From contig CM030335.1 of assembly GCA_017654855.1 (NCBI GenBank), positions 1,178,001-1,242,000 of the forward strand: 64,000 bases of DNA, read 5' to 3'. Origin of the DNA: Podospora anserina (Eukaryota). The translations under genes were made by a program, and so were the position numbers. The notes beneath the pieces are model-generated. The model was not told the origin of the DNA, made no database searches, and was given only the letters and a program-made list of their open reading frames with translations. Below are positions 49,584 to 63,257 of the stretch, in pieces (positions within the stretch are counted from its first letter, which is position 1; each line of letters begins with the position of its first letter).

Positions 49584-50288
49584 TTATTTGGGCGGTTCCG
49601 TGGTCTTTGGCTTCTTCTGGTCTTGTTCCTTGGGAGGGCTTGCTGAGACCTCAAGAGTGACCTTGTTTGATATAAGCAAAACACCCAAAGAAAAAAGGAA
49701 AGAGGTGGCGCTTTCTGGGGCTTACCGGTCCGTCATTTACGAGGGCAACCTGCATCATGGCTTGGAAGACGCCATCCTTCACCTTGTCGGCAGCATAGCC
49801 TTCCTGAACTCGGCGGTAGAAATACTGGTAGAGGCTCTTGGCCTCGTCCCCTCCCATGGCACCGTGGAAGTCCGGTTTGCTGCCCTTCTTGGTAGAAGCT
49901 AGGAGCGTGAATTGTGATACTGTGATCAGGGCCATTTTTAGCATACGGATCATTGCAACACCGACAACTCACAAACAGAGTATTGCTCACCACATAGTAC
50001 TTCGCCGTTGATATCTTGGACATTCTTCTTCCAACGGCCCCCTGTATCATCATCCCAAAGCCTCAACTTGAGGACCTTCGCTGCCAGGGCATCAGCTTCC
50101 TTCTCAGTGTCACCCGGCGCAACTGCAGCCAGGACCAAGATGCCTTTTCCTATCGATGAAACCAGCTCCTGGTCCACCGTGACCGAGGCTGAAAGCACTC
50201 GTTGAAGGATGGCTATTTATATATCGCTCAGATTCGGGTCTTGAAAGCATATCCCAAGGCATTTGGAGGACTGTGACATACCCTTCAT
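49584..50288 (-). CDS. DTD1: D-aminoacyl-tRNA deacylase (exons 50288-50282, 50212-49991, 49919-49726, 49661-49584)
   Basis: The spliced product is MKAILQRVLSASVTV...LCVSQFTL...KPDFHGAM...GVFQAMMQVALVNDGPVTL, carrying the SQFTL and Gly-Pro (NDGPVT) catalytic motifs. Confidence 0.93.
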
Positions 50289-51102
50289 GTTGCAGACTTC
50301 TTCGTGAAATGGTCAAGTTGCAGGGAGTTGGGCTTTGTCAGCCAGTGGCGGCCAGCTGAATGGCCTTGTTGGCTTATAAAAGTGGATTCAGGAAAAGCAT
50401 CCCTGTTTCTCCAAGCAAGACTGAGCCAAGTCCTGTGTAACAGAACAGATAGTTGGCCATGTGCAATTGCCCCCTTTACACGGAGAAACAAGCCGAGAGA
50501 AGAATACAAATGGCAAGGAGGGTGCTGTCAATTGCTCCGTCATTAATTAAAGATAGTAGCCAAGTGAATTGCTCCATGTGTAACTCAAGTGATAAGGCCC
50601 GAGAGCGAGGCTCTTTATCAAGGGCGATAGTGGATACTAGTGCGAGTCCCAGTCCCAGGTCTCACACAGAGCAGCAGCGGGCGGGCGAGGTGAGGGAGTC
50701 TGAGCTGGGCTTGCCATTCTTTGATTTGGCCGACAGCCTGCCATCTCTTGTTGCATCAGCAAACAGCCTGGTTTGTTTCAGCGACTTCGCATTCCCTTCC
50801 CTTCCCCCCCCTAAATACCAACCACGACCTGTTCCCCTTCTCGCATGTCGCCCTTTTTTACGCCGACAGAGCTGCAATCATCCCCACGGTAAATAACCTA
50901 CCTACCCGGCCGTGTGACGTTGTTGGACGGGTCGAAGCTAATTAACTTGCAGCTTTGGCAGTCATATTCCGACTACTCCAACCCTGGAGAGAAAGGCTGA
51001 TTGCCTGCCCCCGAGTTATTTGGTCGCGCGACGGCCAGCCACCAAACGAACCCCTCATCCTAAACCTTACGTTTCCTACAGCGCAGCACCACTACCAGCG
51101 AG

Positions 51103-53231
51103 ATGGCGGCACGAAAGCTGCAGCAGGAAGTCGACAAGTGCTTCAAGAAGGTGGCTGAAGGTGTCGCCGACTTCGAGGCCATTTACGAGAAGATTGAGCA
51201 GTCCACCAATCAGGCGCAAAAGGAGAAGCTAGAAGATCAGCTGAAGCGAGAAATCAAGAAGTTGCAGAGGCTGCGCGATCAGATCAAGACATGGGCTGCT
51301 AGCAATGATATCAAGGATAAGGGGCCGCTGCTGGAGCAGCGGAGGCTGATAGAGACGGTCGGTTGCCTACCTAGTTTGATGATAGAGGATGTGCTGTGTG
51401 CTTACTGGTGTGTTCCGTCTGTCTAGCAAATGGAGAAGTTCAAGGCTGTCGAAAAGGCGATGAAGACGAAGGCGTACTCTAAAGAGGGGTTATCAGCCGC
51501 CACCAAGCTGGACCCCAAGGAGCAAGCGAAGCTGGAGGCAAGCGAATTCCTGAGCAACATGGTTGACGAACTCGAGCAGCAAATCGAAACCCTCGAGGCC
51601 GAAGGCGAATCGATACAAGCCACCATGAAGAAGGGCAAGGGCCAGGCAACCAAGCTGGAGCGCATCGCCGAGATAGAGCGCATCATCGAACGGCATAAAT
51701 GGCACCAAGGGAAGCTGGAGCTGATTCGCCGCTCACTCGAAAATGGGGGCGTCGAGACCGAGCAAGTCACGGACCTAGAGGAGAGCATCAAGTACTACGT
51801 GTCCGACGGCATGAACGACGATTTCCCCGAGGACGAGGGTATGTACGACGATCTAAACCTGGAAGAAGAGGAGGATGCCTTTGGTATGAATCTGGAGAAC
51901 GACAAGGGCTCATCACAGGACACCCAGTCGGTTCAAGAGGAGCCAGCCCCTGAGCCCGAGATGACAAGACCGGCAGCTGCTGCTCCGGTCGGGAAGCAAC
52001 GCACGGTGGCCGATGCTGTGACAGGGTCGGCTACACGACGTCCCTCGGCCCAAAAGTCACCCCTCCCAACGCTCGCAACCGTCCACAACTCGCAAACAAC
52101 CAACAGCAATGGGGTCCAGGCCAATGTTGCCATGAAGCCGGCAGCGCTACCAACCCGGCCCGCCGAGGGTTTGAAGTATGCCAGCGCAGCAGCAGCCGCT
52201 GCCGCAAGCGATAAGAACAACGTGGGCATTGCGCCTTTACCCCCTCCGCCAGGTGCTCCTCCAGCATCCGCCGCCTCTCCGTTAGCACCAAGTCAGCCGA
52301 GGACAAGTACTACCAACTCTCCCAGCACAGCACCCATACAACCGGTGGTGCAGGACAGGGCACCCCTACAAACTGCCCAGCCGCCAGCCAAGGAAGCGCC
52401 CAAATCTGCAGCATCAAAGGGCAAGGCTCCTGTACAACCGCCAACCGTCACACCAGCAGCTCCAGATCACGGAGATGCCACCCCCGCGCGAGGTTTGTTT
52501 AGGCAGTCAAAAACTGGACTTGACGGGCAAGGAGCTAACAGATGTTTCAAAGCAGGTTCGGCGTCAACACAAGGGGCTCCAGTATCAGCACCAGTACCGG
52601 CTGCGAACGGCGTTTCTAATGGCATCAAGCCAATCGAGGAGGAAGAGGAAGATGAAGAGGAAGAGTCGATATATCATCTCCCCGCGGCCCTCCAAGACCT
52701 GGTGGAATCATACGAAGTGACCAAGAAGCGGACGGCGTCAATAAACTCACCATTGACCCAGAGGATGCATATCACATCGGAAGCGGCTAAGCCTGAAGCT
52801 GCGGATGCCGAACCACCCCGCGCGTATGTGCCGGAGACGAAGTACCTCGCGCACACACACTTCCCACAAGAGCCGCTAGATATCCTGGATGACCCACGAC
52901 TGTACGAACGAATCGAGCCAGACACACTCTTTTACGTTTTCTACTACAAGCAGGGGACATACCAGCAATATCTTGCCGCGAGGGCTTTGAAGGACCAGAG
53001 TTGGAGGTTCCATAAACAATACCAGACATGGTTCCAGAGACACGAAGAGCCAAAGTCGATTACCGAAGAGTTTGAACAGGGGACGTACCGCTTCTTCGAT
53101 TATGAGAGCACATGGTTGGTCTCCCTTCCGCAAAGATACCATGGACGAATCGCTGCTGACAGAGCCCCAGGATGAACCGCAGGAAGGCAGATTTTAAGTT
53201 TGCCTACAAGTTTCTCGAGGATGAGGTTTGA
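51103..53231 (+). CDS. NOT3: CCR4-NOT complex subunit Not3/Not5 (exons 51103-51357, 51427-52492, ~52553-53114, 53171-53231)
   Basis: N-terminal [20 protein letters not shown]...[13 protein letters not shown] and a C-terminal NOT box [31 protein letters not shown]...[26 protein letters not shown]. Confidence 0.95.
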
Positions 53232-55884
53232 ACTTTGTTGTGTGCCGGCAAGATGGTCGTGTGTGGTGTAGCGATGTAACCTTAACGTTGGGGCTTTCTT
53301 TAGTGAGACATTGGGCTCACGGACACTGCAGAGTGTCGATAGCGTTTGGAGGAAACAACATAATTGCAATGTTTTGACTCGGTGCACTGAAGCATCAGTG
53401 TATTGTTGTAGGCATATCTCGTGACCTGGGCAGATATGCATAAGACCGTTGGTGGGTATCGGCATACACGCAGAAAAAAGTACGGCCCACAGCAAAAGGT
53501 GAACCATGGATGCCCATCCTGAGGAAGGGGAGTGGGCATCCTTAATGGCAGCCCTCGAGCTGACAACGAGATCACAAAGAATCAGTTATATACCTTCCAT
53601 CCAAGTGCCACGGGTTCGTACCTCAGTGGCCTGCCCGTTTTATCTGTACCGTTCCCCAGCCATCAGCTGAACAATCGCGCGACAAATCCGGGAACAACGG
53701 ACCAGATGATGACGGTGAGCCTGGTGGCAAACAGGCTGGAAGAAGGCCAAAAAGGGCCCTGCTACTACCCGTCTCACCATCAGGAAGTGGAAGTCGCTAA
53801 CCCCCAACTACACAGCCTCTCTAGTCTGCCTTGTGAGTTGATATCATTGCTGGCCTCACCTTGCTGGCACAAGGCGTAGAAAATGCGCAAGGCAGCCATT
53901 TCCCCACAGCAGCCCATGGCAGCACGACGGGCTGCCATTGGACCTCTACTTACACCCAGATATTACCCAGAGGCCCGCAGAAGGCAACCTCCAGGAGGCT
54001 CCGGGGCGCGTACCACATTCAAACTTGCATGAGCCGCAGCCTCTCAACCATCTGCACGATAATGATAACGTAGGCGTCCTAGTCACGTTCACACCCACCA
54101 TCCGCAGAGACAGCAAACGTGGGGCTGCAACAAGGTGTGCGTGCGGTGTGGCACCAATGACTGAATCTCGAATCAGAAGCCATGCTGCTAACACGAACGG
54201 TGCAAATAAATGCAACATCTTGTCACCGAATTCCTTGAGGACTCTCCCATCGCACCACTCTCTGTCAAGTGGCTTTCCAGTCCATCGAGACTGCAGAAGC
54301 AACAGTCCCCAACTATGCGGACTGCTCAGCCGCACTCGAATTTCCAGATTCAATGAGCTCTTGGCTCATCACCAACTGTACATGACACTGCACATATATC
54401 CTGCGAGGCTGTAGGTACCTTTTGATCTTGCCTGCTTACCGACCGGCCAGAGCGTTTGGACCTATCACGGGCTGCCAGGTCTGGCAATTTTTTGCGATTA
54501 GTCACTGAACGAATCCTCAGACTTGCCTGCATAACAGCACTGCACCGCCGGGCAAGAGATACAATGGCCGATGTCAGTTGGCTGATTTCCATTTTGACGC
54601 TCCACTCTCTTCGCGGAGACAGCCGCTGAAGACGTATGTCCGGTTTTACAAACAATCCGGGCGCTCCATCTCCAATACCTCCCTTACGGAGGAGCTTGTT
54701 ATCATACATTCGGCTATCTCTCATCCGCCTCTCTCACGTCGCAAAGCCGCCACCCCCCCTTCCGCCGTTACTGGATCAAATCGAACAAAGCCTTCGATCG
54801 CCTTACTTGCTTCGACCAGGTCTCACATATGGGGAGAGCTCACTGTTTGTGGATGCCTTCTGGTAAGCCCTGCCAAGGCAATATGCCCTCGTCCAGGAAA
54901 GGCATGCAAGTGTCAAGCCAAAGGTGGTTCTTTTGTTGCCGGCTCGGAGCCATCCGCTATTGCATTAACAAACACGCATGTTGGATGGGTGCTGCGAGCT
55001 TTGGTTCCTCGCCGACTTCCTGGAAGAGTTAGCTCTCCATCATCATTGGAAGATCATGTTGGGCACTTCCAAACGCTCACCGAAGGTCGATCTGACCCTG
55101 TGAGCTTGTTGCGGGACATCTAAGCCTTTAAGCGATACTCAACACAGAAAGGTGTTACGCTATCGTCTTGTTCCCACATTCCTTCCACTGTTAGTCTCGC
55201 TGTTCTCCCACATGGCTGGGCAATTTCCCTTTCTTTTTCAAGATTGCTCCGTCATCGGCGTGGCTGCAGTCAATAAACGTCCCCTTGAAGCTTGAAACTG
55301 GGCTATGGTGACACTGAGGGGACAATGAGGCTCGCGAACAGCCCCCGCCCAGTATCTTGGGGAGGCAGGGGTTGGGTAGAGACGCAGGGAAACGGGCTGC
55401 GGGCAACTTTCTACGTCTTTGATGGTGTGTGTCTCTCAGCCTGCTTGCACCATAGCTCTGCCGCGGTATCAGAGATGTCCGCGATAGGAAACCACGCTTG
55501 ACATTACTTCCTGCTGCATACATTCCCGCCTTACCGCGGTGTAGAAGGTGCCCATTGTCGCTTCTCTGGGTGAATGGTCCGTGATCAATGTATTCGTGGC
55601 TCAAGATATATGGTCGGCACATTTCCAGATAGCCACCCACAGGTCTCATCCCCAACTGACTACAGCACGACTACTTTCCCATTCATATACCCTTCCTTAC
55701 GAAAGAAAGTGGCAAAGGTGGTTCGAGTCTTCGAGTCCGTCAATATCTATCACTCAGCTATTGGTGGGCTTTCCCTTTTCCTGAATTCTTCTTGACCACA
55801 GGGCAGCAGATCGTGCTAATAAACATCAACAGGTTTCTTCAGGGGTGGTTACCGGTGAACAGGACGGTTCAATCACTATACCAC

Positions 55885-56872
55885 ATGGACTACCCTTCTT
55901 CCTATCTTCAAAGCCCAGTCTTTGATGGCCCTGCCTACCAAGATGGCCCTTGGCCTGTCCCAACAAGTGCGAGCATGCAGAGGAGCAGCTCGCAGTCGAC
56001 AGCCAACACAAACCTCACTTATGCCTCCAGCCAGTACTCGACCGAGTTATCGTCACTCGGTTCGCCAATAGTCGAGCACAAGGTGTACAGTGAGGGCTGG
56101 TCCTCATATCCTCCTCAGCCACAAGACTCGGGTCCACTTGTCGCCAATGCTGGTGGTCATTTGCACGACGATAATGTCCCAGCACCATCAGACATGCAAA
56201 TGCTCGCCCCTCCCTACCTGCTATCAGAACCCTACCCTGTTGCCAACTATTACGACTACGACACCACTGATCCCTACGACCCCGCGTATGCCGGCGTCCC
56301 GTTTGACCCAGACAATTATGGTCAACAACAGCTGCCCGCTCAGTCCGTCCAAGATGTCGACACATCATATTCAGTCTCGTAGGTTACTATACCTACCACA
56401 CACCACCAGACCAGACACCCTCTTGCTAACTTTGTTTCTCTGCAGCACCGTCTCGGAAAAGCAAACCTACCCTTGCCTCTCACCTGGCTGCAGCCAGAAA
56501 GCCTTCTCCCGCTCGGCCGACCTTGACCGGCACTACAAACAGGTTCACATAGACGAGGACCAAAGGATCAAGTATCACTGCGACTACAAGAAGTGTCCCC
56601 GACACGAGGCGCCTTTTGGCAGGCAGGACCACTTCCGAGACCACCTCCGGGATTTCCACAAGGAGGATCTCCTGCGGAGGAGCAAAAAGGAGGAATGGGA
56701 ATGGTGGGAATCTAGGGCGCCTCGCGCGGTGTTCAACGGGTGGTGGAGATGCAACAAGTGCCTGGTGGTGAGAGTGGACGTTGAGACGGACGGGTATACC
56801 TGTCCTGCGTGTGGGAGCTCGTGCGAGAGCGACAGGATGAGGGTGAGGGAGGCTGCTGCCGGGAGAGGGTAG
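55885..56872 (+). CDS. C2H2 zinc-finger transcription factor (exons 55885-56378, 56446-56872; may have upstream exons)
   Basis: Two C2H2 fingers (CLSPGC..FSRSADLDRHYKQVH; CDYKKC..FGRQDHFRDHLRDFH) plus a C-terminal WWRCNKC..CPAC zinc ribbon. The intron reads GTAGGT..GCTAAC..CAG. Confidence 0.82.
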
Positions 56873-59190
56873 TGTGATGGGTGATGATTAGGAGGAGAGG
56901 GCTCGGTCCTGTTGATGGCCGATAGTCTCTGATGTTTTCCCTCCCTCTTATACGACTGGGCCGCATTATTGTCTGGGCCGGGGAGGTTGGTTGCTTTTTA
57001 TGGTGTCTTGTTTCTTTTGCATTATTTGCGGGTGGCTTCTGCGACACATTCTTTTCGTGACGACCGGAGCACGGAGTTGGGGAGCTTTTTGTTTTGTTCT
57101 GTTCTGTTTTTCTGTTCATTCTTTTTCCTATATCGATGACGGTCATGATGATGATCAGCAGCAAGAGGCCAGCCGTTCGTTACCTTCCTTTTCGGGATGT
57201 GGGGTCTTTTTTTTTTTGTTTTTTTTTTGTGTTTGGCGTTTTCAGGGGCGTCCTTGCTTTTACACGGATCATCGTCAGAGATGGCCGCCACTGGTCTCTT
57301 TCAGGCTGAATTGTCGAGGTGGACAATGAGGATCCTGAGGGTTTGGAGACAAGGAGGCGATGAGCGGCTTCCAGCTCGAGTGAGGAGGCTCACAGGGAGA
57401 GAGCCTTTTTTCTACACGTTTTCAACCACGAGGAGAGACGCACATGTTGCTGTCCCCTATTGGTGGCCTCACGGCCGTTTCAGCCCATCTGCAATTGTTT
57501 TTGCAGATGGGCTGTGTACATTGTATTTTGTACCAACGTTTATACGTTATGGGAAACCATACATGGGGAGTTTAAAGAGGATAGATCGAGATCTGGCATT
57601 GGGATTGGATGAAATGGCATGGCATGGGTGGTGGTCGATTTTGGGGTTGAGGAAGATAAGTACTTCCCCGTTGTTTGTATAGGCACATATTTGTCGTCTT
57701 TCTTTTCGAGACATGTCGTCGAAAGTGGATCATGCCGCTGGTTCTTATACTGGGCCTGAGCAAGGGGTGATCTCTTTACCTACCTAGGTAGCCATTGGGC
57801 TTCTGCCCTTTGTTTGGTAGAGAACACAGAAGAGACTTCCTTTGCAATAATGCATTCGAGTTGGAAATAAGGCTCCGCGCGGCATCTGAAGAACTCGATA
57901 TCTTTTTTAAAACAGAGCGAGTCGTTGCATTGGTGGTGGAGTGTTGCGCATGGGGTGTCTCAAACGGACCGAGAATATGGAAACAATGACGATTCATTGA
58001 TCCAAGGCGTTATCGATATGTAAGATTTGTGGATCTGCATGGTTGAACATCCCGAATTCGGTGCAGAAAAAGATTTCTGTCCAGAATCGGAGATGAATGA
58101 AGGCTCACCATCATTCCTGGCGCCGGCAGCAGTCAGTTACTGAAAGCATATATAAGATCTGCCTGTCATCCCCCACCACAGCGCACTTTCTCACTTGGCT
58201 GTTCAGTGGTGCTTTTTGTCGCTCCATCTCCTATATCCGGCGATATCCGTGACTTATCGCCGTTTTCCTGTGCGTGCTTTTTGGCCAGGCGACGACCCCA
58301 CAATTCACGTTGCTGGACAAGGGTTCATCGGCGTGTGGGGGGATCGGTCCCCTGTACCGGCGTCTCTCAACCCCGCTTGCCCCGCTCTCTAAGGGTAACA
58401 TGCGGGAAGAGTTTTATCCTTTTGGTCAACAAACTCGCGAGCTTGAAGCGCAACCGGTCTCCCGTGTGTCCCGTCCATCCGCCCAAAGTCCACGGCCGAC
58501 ATTCTGCATTGCTGGCTGCTGCTGCTGCTGCTGAAGATATCTTGCGTGCCTTACTGTATGTACAGGCCTGCCAGACACGGGATGATCAACGGGCGTGCCA
58601 CTGCCAAATTAAAAAACATCAGGCTCTAGGCAGGGTCCCTGCAGCTGGCAGAGCACAAAGGTGTTATCGCTCCCATCCATCCCAGAATATACATATATCG
58701 TCGATCCGGCAGCTACTGTTCGGTGACAGGGCCGTTTTTCGCTTCCCTCACCGTTCTCGCCGCCGTCATCGCTCTCGCGGGCCCTCCCATCCACCACCTT
58801 TTAAACCGCAGTGCCTCTCGTGCCTATCGCTCAGTGCCGCTCCATCTGTCCAGGACCGACCTTGTGCTACCTTGCCCTACATATCCATCCCGCTGAATAC
58901 CGGGCGCTCCCAGTCTCGCCGATCTCCTCTTGTTCCCCTCTGCCGGGCGTCATTGCCGCGGCCCACTCGCGACAGCTCGAAACACCCAATCAAGCCCTCA
59001 GCGGCGGCTTCATCCTCGGCTTTCGTCGCCATTCTGATTTGAAGTGCAGCTCCGACAATCCGACAAGCTGCCACCGCGGGTCGGTCCGGGCGCGAACAAA
59101 CCCCCCCTTCCTGACTAAACCTACCTTTTTGATACATCGCCCATTTTGCCCCTCTCGACCCCCCTCCCTTCCCCTCCCCTTCTTCTCGCC

Positions 59191-60846
59191 ATGTCTTCCA
59201 TCGTCTCCTCGGCCCTCCGTGCCTCTTTAACTCGTCCCTCCTGCTCGCGTACTGTCTTCACCCTGGTCTCCAACACCGTCCGCATCACTTCGAGAGCCAC
59301 TCCCGTAACCCTCATCCAGCACTACAGACGCACAATGGCTTCCGCCGCTAAGATCAAGGTCAAGAACCCCGTCGTCGAGCTCGACGGCGACGAGATGACC
59401 CGTGTCATCTGGCAGGACATCAAGGACAAGTTCATCACCCCCTACCTCGACATCGACCTCAAGTACTACGATCTCGGCCTCGAGTACCGCGACCAGACCA
59501 ACGACCAGGTCACCATCGATGCCGCCGAGGCCATCAAGAAGTACTCGGTTGGTGTCAAGTGTGCCACCATCACCCCCGATGAAGCCCGCGTGGAGGAGTT
59601 CAAGCTGAAGCAGAGTATGTGTTTTTCTTTTTCGAGAGCCCCCTTGAGATGATGTGCCTTATATATCTGTCATGCCCTGGGGGGCCGGTGGGAAACTCTA
59701 TATCACAATAGAGTTTGCCTCGGCCCGCGGGATCCATGCCAAACAACATGCCTCCAGAAAACAAGATTTCGGTTCGGCTGACGGTAACCCTTTTTTTTTT
59801 TGCTTCTGATAGTGTGGCTCTCCCCCAACGGCACCATCCGCAACGCCCTCGGCGGTACCGTCTTCCGTGAGCCTATTGTCATTCCCCGTGTCCCCCGTCT
59901 GGTTCCCGGATGGAAGAAACCCATCATCATTGGCCGCCACGCCTTTGGCGACCAGTACCGGGCCAAGGACTTCGTCGCCCCCGGCCCCGGCAAGCTCAGC
60001 ATGGTCTACACCCCCGAGGGTGGTGAGCCCCAGGAGATCGAGGTGTACAAGTTCCAGGGTGGCGGCGGTGTCGCCCAGACCCAGTACAACACTGACGAGT
60101 CCATCACCGGTTTCGCCCACGCCTCTTTCAAGCTCGCCATTGACAAAGGCCTCCCCCTATACATGAGCACCAAGAACACCATTCTCAAGAAGTACGATGG
60201 TCGCTTCAAGGACATCTTCCAGGAGCTCTACGACACCCAGTACAAGGAGGCTTTCGAGGCCAAGGGTATCTGGTATGAGCACCGTCTCATCGACGACATG
60301 GTCGCTCAGATGATCAAGAGCAGCGGTGGTTACATCATGGCTCTCAAGAGTGAGTTTTGGCAGCCATTGGGACCCTGAAAAGGCCGCCAACCGAACAAAG
60401 AAAACTGACATGATTTTCTAGACTACGATGGTGACGTCCAGTCCGACATTGTCGCTCAGGGCTTCGGCTCCCTCGGTCTCATGACCTCCGTTCTCATCAC
60501 CCCCGATGGCAAGACCTTCGAGTCTGAGGCTGCCCACGGCACCGTCACCCGCCACTACCGTGAGCACCAAAAGGGCCGTGAGACCTCCACCAACCCCATC
60601 GCCTCCATCTTTGCCTGGACCCGCGGTCTCATCCAGCGTGGCAAGCTCGACGACACCCCCGAGGTCGTTGCCTTTGCCGAGGCTCTCGAGAAGGCCTGCA
60701 TTGACACCGTCGACGTTGATGGCATCATGACTAAGGATCTTGCCCTTGCCTGCGGCAAGACTGGCCGTGAGGACTACGTCACCACCTCCGAGTACATGGT
60801 CGCCGTTGAGAGAAGACTCAAGCAGAGCCTGAAGGAGAAGCTCTAA
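59191..60846 (+). CDS. IDP1: NADP-dependent isocitrate dehydrogenase with a mitochondrial presequence (exons 59191-59614, 59813-60349, 60422-60846)
   Basis: [57 protein letters not shown] and [10 protein letters not shown]. Codon usage is strongly biased. Confidence 0.97.
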
Positions 60847-61713
60847 GCAATCACGATAACCAAACAAATAGAAGAAGCCCGATGGTCAAAAAGTGGCGCA
60901 AACGTTACGAGGAAGGCTGTCCCAAGCCCGCCGCGGAGGAAGACGAGAGCAGGGTTGCATCCACGTTGTCACCAGTAAGCCGTAACTGGGCTGGCTGAAC
61001 AACAACCATAGAGGATAGAAAACATGAGATTTTCGCCTCGATAAACTGGGGGGAAAAAAGAGAAGGGTCATCATGACATGTCTTTTGAGTTTGATGCTAC
61101 AGCACAAACAGGCACATGTTGTTTTCCTTGTTTGGGAGTTGGTAACCAGATTTATCACCAAATCGGGACGCCAACTTCAGATGTATATTGCCGAGTTGGG
61201 ATCTACAGTACACTACAGGCTCCCTGTATATAAATGAGCACTTGAAGACAACAATCTGCACATATGTGATGTATTGCCGGTACTCTGACCCTGATCCACG
61301 CATTGAAATTGAACACAGAGAAAGACACCCATCGTTTCTAAGCCTTTTATTAACTTTGCGCATACGTTGCCACGATCTCTATTTTCCCCAACTCCCGCAA
61401 TGCACTGTCGCGTTTCCCAGTGAAAAAAATTCCAGGAGCAAAATAGCATAGTTTACATGATACGCCCTCCCACCCCATACGCCCCGACGACTGATTATCA
61501 TCCTGTCTCCCCCCCTTGCCCGATGAATCAAGCTGATTCTAATAGAGTCTGAGTGTCAAAAGTCACAATGAGATACGTATGCTTGGTGATTTCCTGCTGA
61601 TGATAGCGGTAAGATCACTGCAAAGAAACAGTGAAGAAAAGAGGTCAAGTTTTTCCCTGAGAATGAACTCCTTTAAGAAAAAAAGACAAGGTAAGAACAA
61701 TCCGATGCCCTCC

Positions 61714-63257
61714 TCAGTCATCAACCTCTTTCCTATACACCACCGACTCCCCATCGCCCGATCCACCACTCTTCCTTGACCTCTTCGTTGACTCGCTGGG
61801 CGTCGCCGCACCGGCATCTGTCCCACCGCCCTCGCTCTTACGCTTCTTCTTGGTCGGCCGGCTGGACCCCCCCTTAGGTCTATACCCCGGATCATCATCC
61901 GCCACCCTCTTCCTCTTGCCGGCAGCACCGCCAGTGCCCTTCCCACCACCGGAAGCAAGAGTAGGCGAAGCAAGAATGCTCGCCGCCTCGCTCATCTCCA
62001 AATCATCACCGCTGAGCTCATCTTCGATAGCAGCAAGCCTATCCGCCGTGGCCCTCCTGGCGGACGCGCCCTGGCGCTTGGTGCGAGCTGCTGCCGGGTC
62101 GCTCTTGCTCGCGGTACCGCCCCCAGAACCCTTCGCACCGCCAGAAGCAAGACTAGCCTGCAAGGCATCATAGCGTTTCAACGCCTCTTTCGGGCCCCAG
62201 ATTTCACCACCACCGTGCTCGTATTCGTAAGCGGCGAGCTTCTCGGCCGCGGCCTTCCTCGCAGCTTGGGCCTGGCGCTTAGCGCGAGCGGCTGGGTCGT
62301 TCCGGACTTTACCACCGCGGGAGCCGGGGCCGCCTCTCGAACCTGGACCTCCGCCGCGGCCGCCTCGGGTAGAGGAGGCGGAGCTCGGGACGGCAATGAC
62401 GGAGTCGTCGGCGCCGTTTCTGGAGTGGTCGTCCTTGTCCTTGGTGCTGTCCTTGTCGGCGCCAGCATGGTGCTCTGTGTCTTGGAGGAAGGTGTTGGGC
62501 GCGTTTTTACGCAGCCAGTTGTGCACGGATACGGGGTTTCGAAGGGCGTAGTCGCGGGAGGTCTTCTCGCGGGAAGCGGCCGTCTCATCGGGGTGGGCTA
62601 GGGGAGCGAGGGTGGGGAGCTGGTCGGTGTCGTCGAAGAGGCGGAGGTCGAGCTCGTAGAGGTAGTTATCTACATCGTCTGCGGTGAGGAAGGAGGGGGG
62701 ATGGGGGGCGCCCTGGAGGGGGTCGACAGGGGAATCTCGGCCTGCTTGGAGATCGGAGACGAGGTCTGGGAAGTTTTCTGCAGCGGCAGCGTAAGGGATG
62801 TGTGGGACCTCGCGGAGGAGCTTCTGGAAGGATTTGGTGGGTTTGGGGCATCGGTTTGGCGTTGATGGTCTGTCCATGTCAAGGCGGAGAGCGTCGTCAT
62901 CGACTGGGGAGTCCACGCTAAGGTCAAATCGCTTCTCGGGCGGAATCTGGGCCGAGTTGTTGACATCTAGAAGGGTATCGAGCAGCCGACTTTTGAATGA
63001 TGATATTAGCAGGTGTGTACCAAATGGAGATGGACCAGCCATGTTGCTTACTCGTTTTGGATCGCGAGCCTCTTGGCCGTCGCCAGCGCCTTCTGCTCCA
63101 TCATGTGAAGATCCTCGTTGGCCTTCATCTTGTCATCGAAAACGATGCGCATCTTGCGATACTTCTTCTTCCATGACCGATATGATGGCTTTTCGCTGGT
63201 GGTTCTGACATTGTGGCCATCGTCCTCGTCCTTGATCCTGCGCGCATCGGCCTCCAT
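61714..63257 (-). CDS. IEC3: INO80 chromatin-remodelling complex subunit Iec3 (exons 63257-63052, 62989-61714)
   Basis: KPSYRSWKKKYRKMRIVFD...AKRLAIQNDRLLDTLLDVNNSAQIP and LRNPVSVHNWLRKNAP match the fungal Iec3 family. The C-terminus is basic (YRPKGGSSRPTKKKR). Confidence 0.85.

Noticed and set aside
53300-55800. ORFs of 100-180 aa upstream of the C2H2 gene
   Set aside because: No domain signal. More likely a long regulatory or 5' UTR region of a transcription-factor gene.
58206-59042. 278-aa ORF upstream of IDP1
   Set aside because: GTG start, atypical composition, and it spans a GCT microsatellite and promoter-like sequence.
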